A stretch of DNA of 64,000 nt from Cytophagales bacterium (GTDB lineage: Bacteria; Bacteroidota; Bacteroidia; Cytophagales; Cyclobacteriaceae): positions 524 to 64,523 of the forward strand of contig JBBQXZ010000001.1 of NCBI GenBank assembly GCA_038209145.1. Direction: 5' to 3'. Made by a program: the position numbers and the translations under genes. Below, piece by piece: positions 1 through 9,014 of the stretch. Positions within the stretch are counted from its first letter, which is position 1. Each line of letters begins with the position of its first letter. The notes below the pieces were generated by a model. It was not told where the DNA came from and searched no databases. It saw only the letters and a list, made by a program, of their open reading frames with translations.

Positions 1-2385
1 AGATGGCGCATTTATGGCGTTGATAGCTCCTTGGTCCGTAGTAATTCCTGCTCCCGGAAATACAGGGCCGGGGGCTTTCCGGACAGCTGTTTGAGCGATA
101 AAATCAGAATAGTCATTGTAATAATAGGCTAGGTCAATTAACAGCCTGTTATTACCCAACAATCCTTTGTATCCTACTTCTGTGGACCTTACCTGCTCTG
201 GTCTCAGATCTGGCAAGCGTTCTTGTACTTCGAGCAAAGCAGTCGCCGCAGGACTTATAGGGCTGGCTCCGGCACCGACTGCGGCGGTATATCGCTGGAC
301 CGACCCCAAGGTGAAAGCATTTTCGTAAATTCTATACTTGTCCCTGTAAAAGGGCAATCCTCCTATTAGCCGGGCAGATACCACATTGAGATCAATATGT
401 TGTGCCTGGGTAGTGGGCATTCGGAAACCTGTTTGGTAGGACAATCTGAAATTGCTATTTCCCTCCGTGTACACCCCGGATATCCGAGGGCTAAATTGCC
501 CTTCAAAGTTTTCGTTTTTATCGTAACGGATAGATCCGGTGATTTTCAGCTTATCCGCAAGAACCCGCTTTGAGCCTTGCGCATAGGCCCCCAATTCCTG
601 AATGGTTATCGCATTGCCTTCCACATCGGCAAATATGGTTCCATTGGACCTTAATTCATAGACCCGATAAGAACCACCTACTTGCAAATCCATAAAGTCT
701 ATTTCGTTTTTGAAGTCATATTGTCCTTCTGCCATGTTCATTCGCGAGCGGTCATTGAACAAGGAACCAGCTGGTATTTCTACTCCCCTCACGGTACTTG
801 TTTCTGCAACAAAGGCAGCTGATCCGGGTTCATAGCGGCCTACATCGGCTTGAGATCTGGCAAATTGATGGGCTGCAGCTTGCTGCTGGATAGAACCCAT
901 TGCACCTGGGGCTACCTGCTGTTGCGCCAATGCTCCCATGTAATTCAATGTATATTCACCAAACCACTGGGCGTTGCCTTTCCAAGAATCATTGATATTC
1001 ACACCTGTCAAATCAGCAATGTAAGAATCTCCTGAATTTTCCCTCGTGGTATAGGTCCTGAGGAAGAAGTTGTCTCCCCGCAATTCCAACTTGTGTTGGG
1101 TGATGTTGAAATTGTTTAGGGAGTAACGTTGAGCCCCGGTATATACGGAAGTTCCTGATCCATAATTGAGTGTATAAGACAATTCTGCCCTGTCTGTAAT
1201 CCTGTAATGCAAGGCACCGTTTAATTTGTAGTTTTTTGCCCCATAATCTACCAAATTACGTTCATCATATCCCGTTCTGGATACGATCTGGTCGGGAATG
1301 CTTCCTATATAGCCCCCAATTCCCAAAGCATTTGCTTGGGTTTGAATAGCACCCACGTTTCGAAGCAAGCCAATATTGTTGGATACTTCGTCACCGAATA
1401 CATGGACGAGATTTTCTCCGGGGTTAAATGGCAAGGCTCCCTGTGCATCCCTGTTTAGATCCGTACGGTCTGTACCATACCAATCTTCTGCTTCCATAAA
1501 GGAGGCATTTATTTTAAAAGCTACCTTATTGTTAAAGGCGTGTGCATATCGGATAGCTCCTTCATACATGGGTTGAGGTGATTGCGGTTCACCCGGTCTG
1601 CCGCCAATGTGGTTTACCCCTTGTTTATAAAAAGCACTTACCCCTTGGTAGTCAAATGGACTTTTACTGTTTACCAGCAAAATGCCGTTAAAGGCATTCG
1701 GACCGTATAGCGCAGAGGAGGCCCCCGGTATTAATTCAAGACTTTCCACATCCAATTCGGAAGGTCCGTTGAGATTTCCTATGGGGAAATTTAAGGCAGG
1801 TGCCTGCGTGTCCATGCCATCAGTCAATTGGACAAAACGTGTATTGCCGGTGGAATTAAACCCCCGGGCATTGAGGATCTGAAAGTTGACAGATGACGTT
1901 GTCACATCCACTCCCTTCAAATTGGCTATTGCTTTGTAGTAGGTATCACTTGCTGTTTCTCTTACTGCCAAAATATCCATTTTTTCGATAGATACCGGGG
2001 ACTGCAGAATGCTTTCTTCAACACGGGAAGCAGATACGACCACTTCCTGACCCAAAAAGAATTGTTCTTCGAACCGGATACTTATGTCACTCGGGTTATT
2101 TTCAGTCACTACTTTTTCCTGAGAAGCAAAACCGACCATTGAAAATACGAGCGTTAACGGAGGATCCTGATTCACCCGAAGATTAAATTCCCCATTTAAG
2201 TCCGTTATGGTACCCAATACTTTTCCTTTGACCAATATGTTTACTCCGATTAGCGGGTCATTGGTCGACGATTCTATTACCCTTCCCGAGATGCTGGTGA
2301 CTTGTCCTACGGATTGGAAACAGACAAAAAACAAAATGCCCAAGAATAAGAAAGATCTTGGATGATTAATCGATAGATTCTGCAT
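1..2385 (-). CDS. TonB-dependent receptor with N-terminal CarboxypepD_reg-like domain; 3' end runs off the window start
   Basis: Manual translation from ATG 2385: MQNLSINHPRSFLFLGILFFVCFQSVGQVTSISGRVIESSTNDPLIGVNILVKGKVLGTITDLNGEF, then EVVVSASRVEESILQSPVSIEKMD and plug motif VESLELIPGASSALYGPNAFNGIL. Not in the ORF track, presumably because no stop lies in the window. Confidence 0.92.
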   Translation of the reverse strand, partial: MQNLSINHPRSFLFLGILFFVCFQSVGQVTSISGRVIESSTNDPLIGVNILVKGKVLGTITDLNGEFNLRVNQDPPLTLVFSMVGFASQEKVVTENNPSDISIRFEEQFFLGQEVVVSASRVEESILQSPVSIEKMDILAVRETASDTYYKAIANLKGVDVTTSSVNFQILNARGFNSTGNTRFVQLTDGMDTQAPALNFPIGNLNGPSELDVESLELIPGASSALYGPNAFNGILLVNSKSPFDYQGVSAFYKQGVNHIGGRPGEPQSPQPMYEGAIRYAHAFNNKVAFKINASFMEAEDWYGTDRTDLNRDAQGALPFNPGENLVHVFGDEVSNNIGLLRNVGAIQTQANALGIGGYIGSIPDQIVSRTGYDERNLVDYGAKNYKLNGALHYRITDRAELSYTLNYGSGTSVYTGAQRYSLNNFNITQHKLELRGDNFFLRTYTTRENSGDSYIADLTGVNINDSWKGNAQWFGEYTLNYMGALAQQQVAPGAMGSIQQQAAAHQFARSQADVGRYEPGSAAFVAETSTVRGVEIPAGSLFNDRSRMNMAEGQYDFKNEIDFMDLQVGGSYRVYELRSNGTIFADVEGNAITIQELGAYAQGSKRVLADKLKITGSIRYDKNENFEGQFSPRISGVYTEGNSNFRLSYQTGFRMPTTQAQHIDLNVVSARLIGGLPFYRDKYRIYENAFTLGSVQRYTAAVGAGASPISPAATALLEVQERLPDLRPEQVRSTEVGYKGLLGNNRLLIDLAYYYNDYSDFIAQTAVRKAPGPVFPGAGITTDQGAINAINAPS

Positions 2386-2415
2386 TTTTTTTAGGTTTAA
2401 AGTTTTAACATGTAT

Positions 2416-2435
2416 TTTACGTTTGGTTTACGTTT
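2416..2435. promoter_or_regulatory. Direct repeat TTTACGTTT x2 (11-bp period) just upstream of the TBDR start; possible regulator site
   Basis: TTTACGTTT at 2416-2424 and 2427-2435, about 30-50 bp upstream of ATG 2385. AT-rich context, so chance is possible. Confidence 0.3.
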
Positions 2436-3323
2436 TTCGTTGTTTTGTACCTATACATTTTATCCCAACATGTATTTCTTATCTAAAGTGATCTTTTTTC
2501 ATCAGAAATTCAAACCAATCTTGATAAATATTTATTCTGAAAATTAAGCACTTTATTTTACCACAAATTGTAACCTTTTATGATTTAATTCGTTTTAGAA
2601 AATTTTGAATAGAACTTATAAGAAAGATTTATTTTTTGAAAAAGTCTAAATTTTCATTCCCTTTTGGTCGGAACCTTGCTTTGAGTTGAATAATGTTAAC
2701 TGGCAACATGTTTTTTGCTCAAATAAATATTCCCAAACAAATTTTTTTTTACAAATTTCTTGGCTTGAAAACAAACTCCTTCCTGGTATTTAACCCTAAT
2801 GAAGGACATGACAAAATCCGCAAAAGGCACTTATTACTGAGATGTCCTTGGAATATTTAAAAAATTTCCAATGTTATCCAATATTTAGCCTGCTGACGGG
2901 GGGTAAAAAAGAACCTGATATTTTTAAATTTTGGAGCCATACTTGATGATCCACAAAGCAAAACAGAAAGATTCTGGGTTAAAAACAGACTAATCTAATC
3001 CTAAGAAGAGTAACCAAAGATAATTTAATCTTTTATGGGCTGACTTTTTTTGACCCAACAAATCTCGAGGTTAAACCTAGTGTGCTTTTATAGAATGGGT
3101 ATGACGCAATTGCTATATTTTTTTAAGGCTATGATGGAAATATTATGTAATTGCCGATCAGGATTTTTTTTAAAAATCACCGATCAATCTATGGGAAATA
3201 GAGGACTTAAATGGCTGGAAGGTAAAAAGTCAAGATAAGCCCTTAGAAGATGGAAAGGACTATTTCTTGAGCTTCGATATTAAAGGCATTTGTTGTCATA
3301 GGAAAATTATTATTTAGTTTAAT

Positions 3324-3355
3324 AAAAAAAGCCAGTCATATTATTGACTGGCTTT
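3324..3355 (-). terminator. Rho-independent terminator of the 138-aa gene
   Basis: Perfect stem AAAGCCAGTCA(3328-3338)/TGACTGGCTTT(3345-3355), 6-nt loop, T-run on the minus strand, about 20 bp after stop 3378. Confidence 0.85.
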
Positions 3356-3377
3356 AGAAATAAATGATAAAATTCAT

Positions 3378-3794
3378 TTATTTTGACTCCCTAATCCACT
3401 TCATAAGTGTTTGGTAGGTGATGTCATTGTCTTTGCAAAAGTTCACTTTACTTGTACCTTCTGCATCCGCTTTTGCCCAAGATCCCATTAAAGAAGCTTT
3501 CTCTCCCTCAGTATAGGTTTTTCTGGTTCGACCACTTGAATTTTTAGAAGCTTCTAATCCAAAGATATGGTTTAAAAGTTCCATAAATTTTGTGGCATCT
3601 GATTTTGAATCAATACCCAATCCTTTCAGGCCATCAACAGCAGCATCATTGGTGTTTTTGATGGTAACTTGTTTACCGCTTTTATACACTTCTTCTGCTG
3701 ACTTATACCTTTTACCGTCTTGATCTACATAGATAAATGGCGAATCATTTGACAGCAATTGATTGTACTCTTTAACAAATTCCTTTATATCCAT
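3378..3794 (-). CDS. Small protein with C-terminal helix-turn-helix DNA-binding domain
   Basis: C-terminal RKTYTEGEKASLMGSWAKADAEGTSKVNFCKDNDITYQTLMKWIRES resembles homeodomain-like/HTH_Tnp_1 patterns; has its own terminator. Confidence 0.7.
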   Translation of the reverse strand: MDIKEFVKEYNQLLSNDSPFIYVDQDGKRYKSAEEVYKSGKQVTIKNTNDAAVDGLKGLGIDSKSDATKFMELLNHIFGLEASKNSSGRTRKTYTEGEKASLMGSWAKADAEGTSKVNFCKDNDITYQTLMKWIRESK

Positions 3795-4146
3795 AATATG
3801 ATTTTTAATAAATAGTTTGAATTAGAACGTAAAAGTATTTAATTCATTAATGTTAACCAATTTTTTTTAAATAAATATAACATGCAATTTTTAATAATTG
3901 GCTAATTGCATTTAATTTTAATGTAATTGATATTAACTTAAAAAATAAAATACACACATTCATTGCCAATTTTTCAATATTATGCGTACATATTATTCTT
4001 TGAATATCAGTCCATTAATTGAAATCTACTCCGGGTTTATCCAATGCTTCTCATTTCTTTTCACAAGATAAACGCCTGTTCGCAATAAATTTATTAATTT
4101 AGAGGTAGCAAATTTAAGAATTCAACCAAATTTCACGATAACCAAT

Positions 4147-5229
4147 ATGACCAAAGAAAAAACCCCCATCAGAATATTAGTAGTTGGATGCGGAAACATG
4201 GGCGCATCCCATGCTTTAGCATACCACCAAATGGAAGAGTACGAAATTGTAGGATTAGTCTCCGGAGGTAAGACGAAAGATAAATTGAACGAAAAACTAG
4301 GTGGAAACTATCCCTTATACGATGAGTTTTACGCAGCCATGTCTGCCACCAAACCGGATGCGGTGAGTATATCTACCTACCCGGATACGCATGAACCTTT
4401 TGCCATTTATGCCATTGAAAATGGCTGCCACGTTTTTGTGGAGAAGCCTTTGGCAGATACAGTCGAAGGTGCTCAACGGGTGGTAGATGCCGCAAAAAAA
4501 TATGAAAAGAAGCTTGTGGTGGGATATATACTCAGGCATCATCCATCTTGGGAAAAATTTATCGAAGTCAGTCAGCAATTAGGCAAACCTCTGGTCATGC
4601 GTATGAACCTCAATCAGCAAAGTGAGGGAAGCATGTGGACACTTCACCGCAACCTGATGAAATCGCTCAGTCCTATTGTAGACTGTGGGGTTCATTATAT
4701 AGATGTCATGTGCCAGATGACTCGCTCCAAACCAACCCAAGTATATGCCATCGGTGCCAGGCTTACCGATGAAATACCAGCTGATAACTACAATTACGGA
4801 AATCTCCAGATCCGGTTTGAAGATGGATCTGTAGGTTGGTACGAGGCGGGATGGGGTCCGATGGTGTCAGAAACCGCCTTTTTTATCAAAGACGTATTTG
4901 GACCAAAAGGATCGGTATCCATTGTCGCCAAGGAAGCCGGAGGCTCTGGTAAATCAGACAGCATTGAAGCCCATACGAAGACTGAATCCCTGTTGTACCA
5001 CAGGGGAGAGCTAAATGATGAAGAACTTTTTGCTCATGAAGATGAATGGATAGATCTCACTGACGAACCGGATCACAATGGGTTATGCAAGCGGGAACAA
5101 TCTTTTTTTCTCCGGTCCATTCAAGAAAACACGGACCTGTCCGATCACATGGAAGATGCCGTCAACAGTCTTCGGATTGCTTTTGCCTGCGATGAATCTG
5201 TAAGGACTGGACAGGTGGTACAACTTTAG
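4147..5229 (+). CDS. Gfo/Idh/MocA family oxidoreductase
   Basis: ILVVGCGNMG Rossmann motif, HVFVEKPLA, DCGVHYIDVM. Confidence 0.92.
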   Translation: MTKEKTPIRILVVGCGNMGASHALAYHQMEEYEIVGLVSGGKTKDKLNEKLGGNYPLYDEFYAAMSATKPDAVSISTYPDTHEPFAIYAIENGCHVFVEKPLADTVEGAQRVVDAAKKYEKKLVVGYILRHHPSWEKFIEVSQQLGKPLVMRMNLNQQSEGSMWTLHRNLMKSLSPIVDCGVHYIDVMCQMTRSKPTQVYAIGARLTDEIPADNYNYGNLQIRFEDGSVGWYEAGWGPMVSETAFFIKDVFGPKGSVSIVAKEAGGSGKSDSIEAHTKTESLLYHRGELNDEELFAHEDEWIDLTDEPDHNGLCKREQSFFLRSIQENTDLSDHMEDAVNSLRIAFACDESVRTGQVVQL

Positions 5230-5325
5230 TTTTATCCAATCAAAAGGTTACTTAAATAAAATTTAGCCATCACAAACAGCTGACTCTCCCCGAAGGCGTG
5301 TCGGCTGTTCTCATATTAATTCCAA

Positions 5326-6342
5326 ATGGAGCATTCAATGATACCCGGGGAAATTTCCGTGGGAATAGTAGGTTTAGGATTAATGGGCAGCAGTATAGCT
5401 GCCTGCCTCTTGATAGCGGGGCATTCAGTAGTGGGATTGGAGCCAATGGAAAAAGAGCTGGCATCCGGAGAAAAGCGTATACAGGAACACCTGGAAGTTG
5501 CTTGGGAAAAGCGCCTTATTCCTGAAAAACCTGGTTTTTATCTTAAAAATCTCCGCGTTGGTTCGGACTACTCACAACTCAGAGATACCCAACTCATCAT
5601 TGAAAATGTGAAGGAGGATAAAGCTATTAAAAAAATCGTGTTTTCGAAGATTGATGCGGTAGTGTCAAAGGATACGTTGATTACTTCCAATACGTCGGCT
5701 ATTCCCATTTCAGAATTGCAGGAATTTGTCAGCAATCCAAGCAGGTTTTTCGGATTACATTGGATGCAACCTGCCCATACCACCCGATTTCTGGAAGTTA
5801 TCTGTGGGGATAAGAGCGATATAGAACTGGCCAACTATCTTTACGCAATGGGGGAGCTTTGGGAAAAAGAGACCGTTCTCGTAAAAAAGGATATTAGGGG
5901 ATTTATAGGCAATAGACTGATGTATGCCATGTATCGGGAGGCTATGTACCTGGTGGAGGAGGAGTATGCCTCCGTGGAGGATGTAGATCGGGCTTGCCGC
6001 AACGTTGCCGGTTATTTTTTGCCTATGGTGGGAGTCTTCCGTTGGATGGACCTTACAGGCATTGGCGCATACAGGACAGTTATGAAGGACCTTTTCCCCA
6101 TCCTAAGTAACGCAAAAGCTCCCGGTGATTTGATCAACAAAATTGTCGATGAAGGTGGCAACGGGGTTTTTAACGGAAAAGGATTTTATGAATATACCGA
6201 GGAGGAACGAAAACTATGGCAAGAGGCATACACAAAATTTACCTATGAAATCCGCGAACTTGCCCTAAAGTATCCTTATGATGTAGTCAAAAAACAACTT
6301 AAAGGGAACGGGGAAGTCGAAAAAAATGATGGTTCCGAATAA
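5326..6342 (+). CDS. 3-hydroxyacyl-CoA dehydrogenase family protein
   Basis: VGIVGLGLMG, IIENVKED, TSNTSAIP, GLHW..P, GFIGNRL. Confidence 0.9.
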   Translation: MEHSMIPGEISVGIVGLGLMGSSIAACLLIAGHSVVGLEPMEKELASGEKRIQEHLEVAWEKRLIPEKPGFYLKNLRVGSDYSQLRDTQLIIENVKEDKAIKKIVFSKIDAVVSKDTLITSNTSAIPISELQEFVSNPSRFFGLHWMQPAHTTRFLEVICGDKSDIELANYLYAMGELWEKETVLVKKDIRGFIGNRLMYAMYREAMYLVEEEYASVEDVDRACRNVAGYFLPMVGVFRWMDLTGIGAYRTVMKDLFPILSNAKAPGDLINKIVDEGGNGVFNGKGFYEYTEEERKLWQEAYTKFTYEIRELALKYPYDVVKKQLKGNGEVEKNDGSE

Positions 6343-6349
6343 AAAAAGA

Positions 6350-7135
6350 TTACCTCGATGGATTATTAACAACTTTTGAATGGGACATGCTTTCTCCGAA
6401 AACATTCCGAAAACTTGTTCTACGGATACTTATGGGTTGGTTTTCCTGGTGGTTGCATAGTAGTTCCGATTCCAAATGTCCGGTTCCGGCACAGGTTCTG
6501 CATTCTCCGTATTCCAGTTGTGTTCCTTCACATCTTGGACACGTGAGCCTTCCGGATCCGGCACAGCGTTCGCACTCATAATATTCCATAATGTTGAATA
6601 CATTCTTTTTGGTCACTATTCCTTTGCCTGCGCAACGGCTGCACCCAACGATTCCTTGGGCTTTGCAAAGGGTGCATTCTTGTTCGACTAGTTTTTCCCC
6701 GGAACAAGTCGTACAGGTAATTAGGCGATAACCCTTCTTATCGCAAAACTGACAGACAGCAATTTCTTTCAATGGTCCTTCCAATTTACTTTCCAGTGCC
6801 TTAGCCTCCTGATAATGCTGGCCTTTAAAACCGTTCAGATCCAGGTATTTGTTCAGAAAATTCAAACTGTTGTCAAATTGTTTTAATTGGTATAAGGTTT
6901 CAGCAAAAAAATAAGGCATTTCCGATGGAATGGGTGCGTTGCTTTCAATGAGCTGACGGAAAATCTCATTGGCTTTTTCATATTCTCCCGCTTTCATGGC
7001 ATCGGTCCCTTGGTTCATTAACCTGGTTGTATTTCCTAGGTTTGGACTTACTTGAGCATGAAGGGTTCCCCCGAATACCATCATTAGTATAAAAAAAAAC
7101 AAATATCTGTAAGTTTTGATAGCGTAATCCTTCAT
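6350..7135 (-). CDS. Exported TPR protein with DnaJ-type CxxCxGxG zinc-finger repeats (no J domain)
   Basis: Hydrophobic N-terminus ending TLHA-Q, TPR-like helices, seven CxxC motifs (CQFC, CTTC, CTLC, CSRC, CERC, CPRC, CRTC). Confidence 0.8.
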   Translation of the reverse strand: MKDYAIKTYRYLFFFILMMVFGGTLHAQVSPNLGNTTRLMNQGTDAMKAGEYEKANEIFRQLIESNAPIPSEMPYFFAETLYQLKQFDNSLNFLNKYLDLNGFKGQHYQEAKALESKLEGPLKEIAVCQFCDKKGYRLITCTTCSGEKLVEQECTLCKAQGIVGCSRCAGKGIVTKKNVFNIMEYYECERCAGSGRLTCPRCEGTQLEYGECRTCAGTGHLESELLCNHQENQPISIRRTSFRNVFGESMSHSKVVNNPSR

Positions 7136-7295
7136 CTGAGAATTCGGTTGTTGTCTATAAACAGGGAAATTTACGAAATTGATTCACGTTTAAACGTAAT
7201 TTCTGAAGACAAATTACAATTTTATAATACGGCCACAAAGTTGGCTTTCTTTTTTTATTTTTCCTTGTTAAGAAACCATAAGATTTCGTTTTTTG

Positions 7296-7303
7296 TACCT
7301 TTG
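7296..7303 (+). promoter_or_regulatory. Bacteroidetes -7 promoter box TAnnTTTG
   Basis: TACCTTTG 4 nt before ATG 7308. Confidence 0.55.
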
Positions 7304-7307
7304 TCCT

Positions 7308-8516
7308 ATGTATACCATAGGCGTTATAGGAGGCGGGGCGGCCGGTTTTTTTGCCGCCATCCAGGCAGCATCAACAGGAAATAAGGTTGTACTTTTTGAA
7401 AAAACATCCAACGTGCTTTCCAAAGTGAAAGTGTCAGGAGGGGGACGCTGCAATGTAACCCACGACTGCATGGTGGTTTCGAAATTGATAAAATTTTATC
7501 CCAGGGGAGAAAAGTTTTTGAAAAAAGTTTTTGTCCATTTTTCTGTTGAAGATACGGTTAAATGGTTTACAAGCAGGGGAGTGCCGATTAAAGTAGAAGC
7601 GGACGGAAGGATGTTTCCAGTTTCAAATTCTTCACAGACCATTATCGATGTACTCATCCGGGAAGCAGAAAAGGCCGGGGTTATCCTTCAGTTCAAAGCT
7701 GCCATCCTCCAAGTCATACCGCTTTCACAGGGATTTAACCTACTTCTAAAAGAACGGGAAGTGCGGGTAGATAAACTTATCATAACTTCTGGTGGCCATC
7801 CCAAAAAGGAGGGCTATGAATGGATTGAATCCTTGGGACATCATATTGTTTCACCCGTCCCCTCGCTGTTCACTTTCAATACGCCAAATGAACCATTAAC
7901 CGACCTTCAAGGCATAGCAATGCCTGATGCACATGTTAGATTGGAAGGAACTAAACTTTCTTACGAAGGGCCATTGCTGATCACGCACTGGGGATTAAGC
8001 GGCCCTGCCGTGTTGAAATTATCAGCATATGGGGCAAATTGGCTCCATAATGCTGACTATAAGGCCAAAGCGCACATCCGGTGGAATAGGGAATTTCAGG
8101 AGGAAGAACTCCGCTCGGCATTGTTATCCTATAAATCCCTGCATCCAAAAAGAAAAATTTATTCACACCCACTTTTCGAAATTCCAAATCGGCTCTGGAT
8201 ACACTTGGTGCACTTGGCGGAAATACCATCGGAATTTTGCTGGATGAATATTTCTAAAAAGCAAAACAATAAATTATTAGAAAATCTTTTTAGATTTACA
8301 ATTAATATTCACGGAAAAACCACCTACAAGGAAGAATTTGTAACTGCTGGAGGAGTAGACCTTGAAGAGATTGATCCCCTTACCATGGAAAGCAAATTAA
8401 TTCCCGGTCTTTACTTCGCCGGTGAAGTCTTAAATGTAGATGGCATCACAGGAGGGTTCAATTTTCAAGCCGCTTGGAGTACGGGTTTTTTGGCAGGTAA
8501 AAATGCAACTCATTAA
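7308..8516 (+). CDS. HI0933/BaiN family NAD(P)/FAD-dependent oxidoreductase
   Basis: IGGGAAG, KVKVSGGGRCNVT, LITHWGLSGPAVL, FVTAGGV, GLYFAGEVLNVDGITGGFNFQAAW. Confidence 0.95.
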   Translation: MYTIGVIGGGAAGFFAAIQAASTGNKVVLFEKTSNVLSKVKVSGGGRCNVTHDCMVVSKLIKFYPRGEKFLKKVFVHFSVEDTVKWFTSRGVPIKVEADGRMFPVSNSSQTIIDVLIREAEKAGVILQFKAAILQVIPLSQGFNLLLKEREVRVDKLIITSGGHPKKEGYEWIESLGHHIVSPVPSLFTFNTPNEPLTDLQGIAMPDAHVRLEGTKLSYEGPLLITHWGLSGPAVLKLSAYGANWLHNADYKAKAHIRWNREFQEEELRSALLSYKSLHPKRKIYSHPLFEIPNRLWIHLVHLAEIPSEFCWMNISKKQNNKLLENLFRFTINIHGKTTYKEEFVTAGGVDLEEIDPLTMESKLIPGLYFAGEVLNVDGITGGFNFQAAWSTGFLAGKNATH

Positions 8517-8519
8517 TAT

Positions 8520-8867
8520 ATGGACGCAATCAATGAGAACATCGACTATGTTAAAATTGAAGAAATGGTCGAAGGTGACGAGGAATTTCGCACCCAACTT
8601 TTAGAAGCTATTATGGTGGCTGTAAAAGAGCTTCAAGAAAGCTATATCAAAGGTATAGACACGAAGATAGAGGAAATAATCAAGCAGGCACGTCATAAAA
8701 TAAAACCAACACTGACACTCTTCGGCTTGAGGGCATTGGCTTCTACCTTGGGAGATGGTAAACAACTGATCTCCAAAGGAGGATTTGAACAGGATTTCAG
8801 AGACCATAAGAATAAATTTCTTTCGGTTTCAAATGCCATCTTAGAGGATATAGGCAAAAGGATATAA
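8520..8867 (+). CDS. Stand-alone Hpt (histidine phosphotransfer)-like protein
   Basis: All-helical 115 aa with ARHKIKPTL, matching the Hpt H-x-(I/L)-K pattern. Confidence 0.7.
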   Translation: MDAINENIDYVKIEEMVEGDEEFRTQLLEAIMVAVKELQESYIKGIDTKIEEIIKQARHKIKPTLTLFGLRALASTLGDGKQLISKGGFEQDFRDHKNKFLSVSNAILEDIGKRI

Positions 8868-9014
8868 AGAAAGATTTTGATTTTGATCGGGCAATCGAAT
8901 TCGCCAATTGGTGATCTTTAGCCTTTGACTCGCGTTTTTGGATTATTGGCAGGTCACAAGATTGAATTTAAACGGATAATTTTTTTGTCTAGAAGCATAT
9001 AAGTTACTTCTTCT

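Noticed and set aside
850-1882. Short + strand ORFs (850, 1376, 1682)
   Set aside because: They are antisense shadows of the TonB-dependent receptor gene. The same applies to most short track ORFs nested in long genes.
2824-2925. CTGAGA and GAACCTGAT words reminiscent of a TPP riboswitch
   Set aside because: The spacing and the remaining conserved helices and motifs are missing, and it is on the opposite strand to the adjacent TBDR.
3378-3794. IS3-family transposase OrfA
   Set aside because: The HTH is C-terminal, there is no OrfB/DDE gene or terminal inverted repeats, and the gene has its own terminator.
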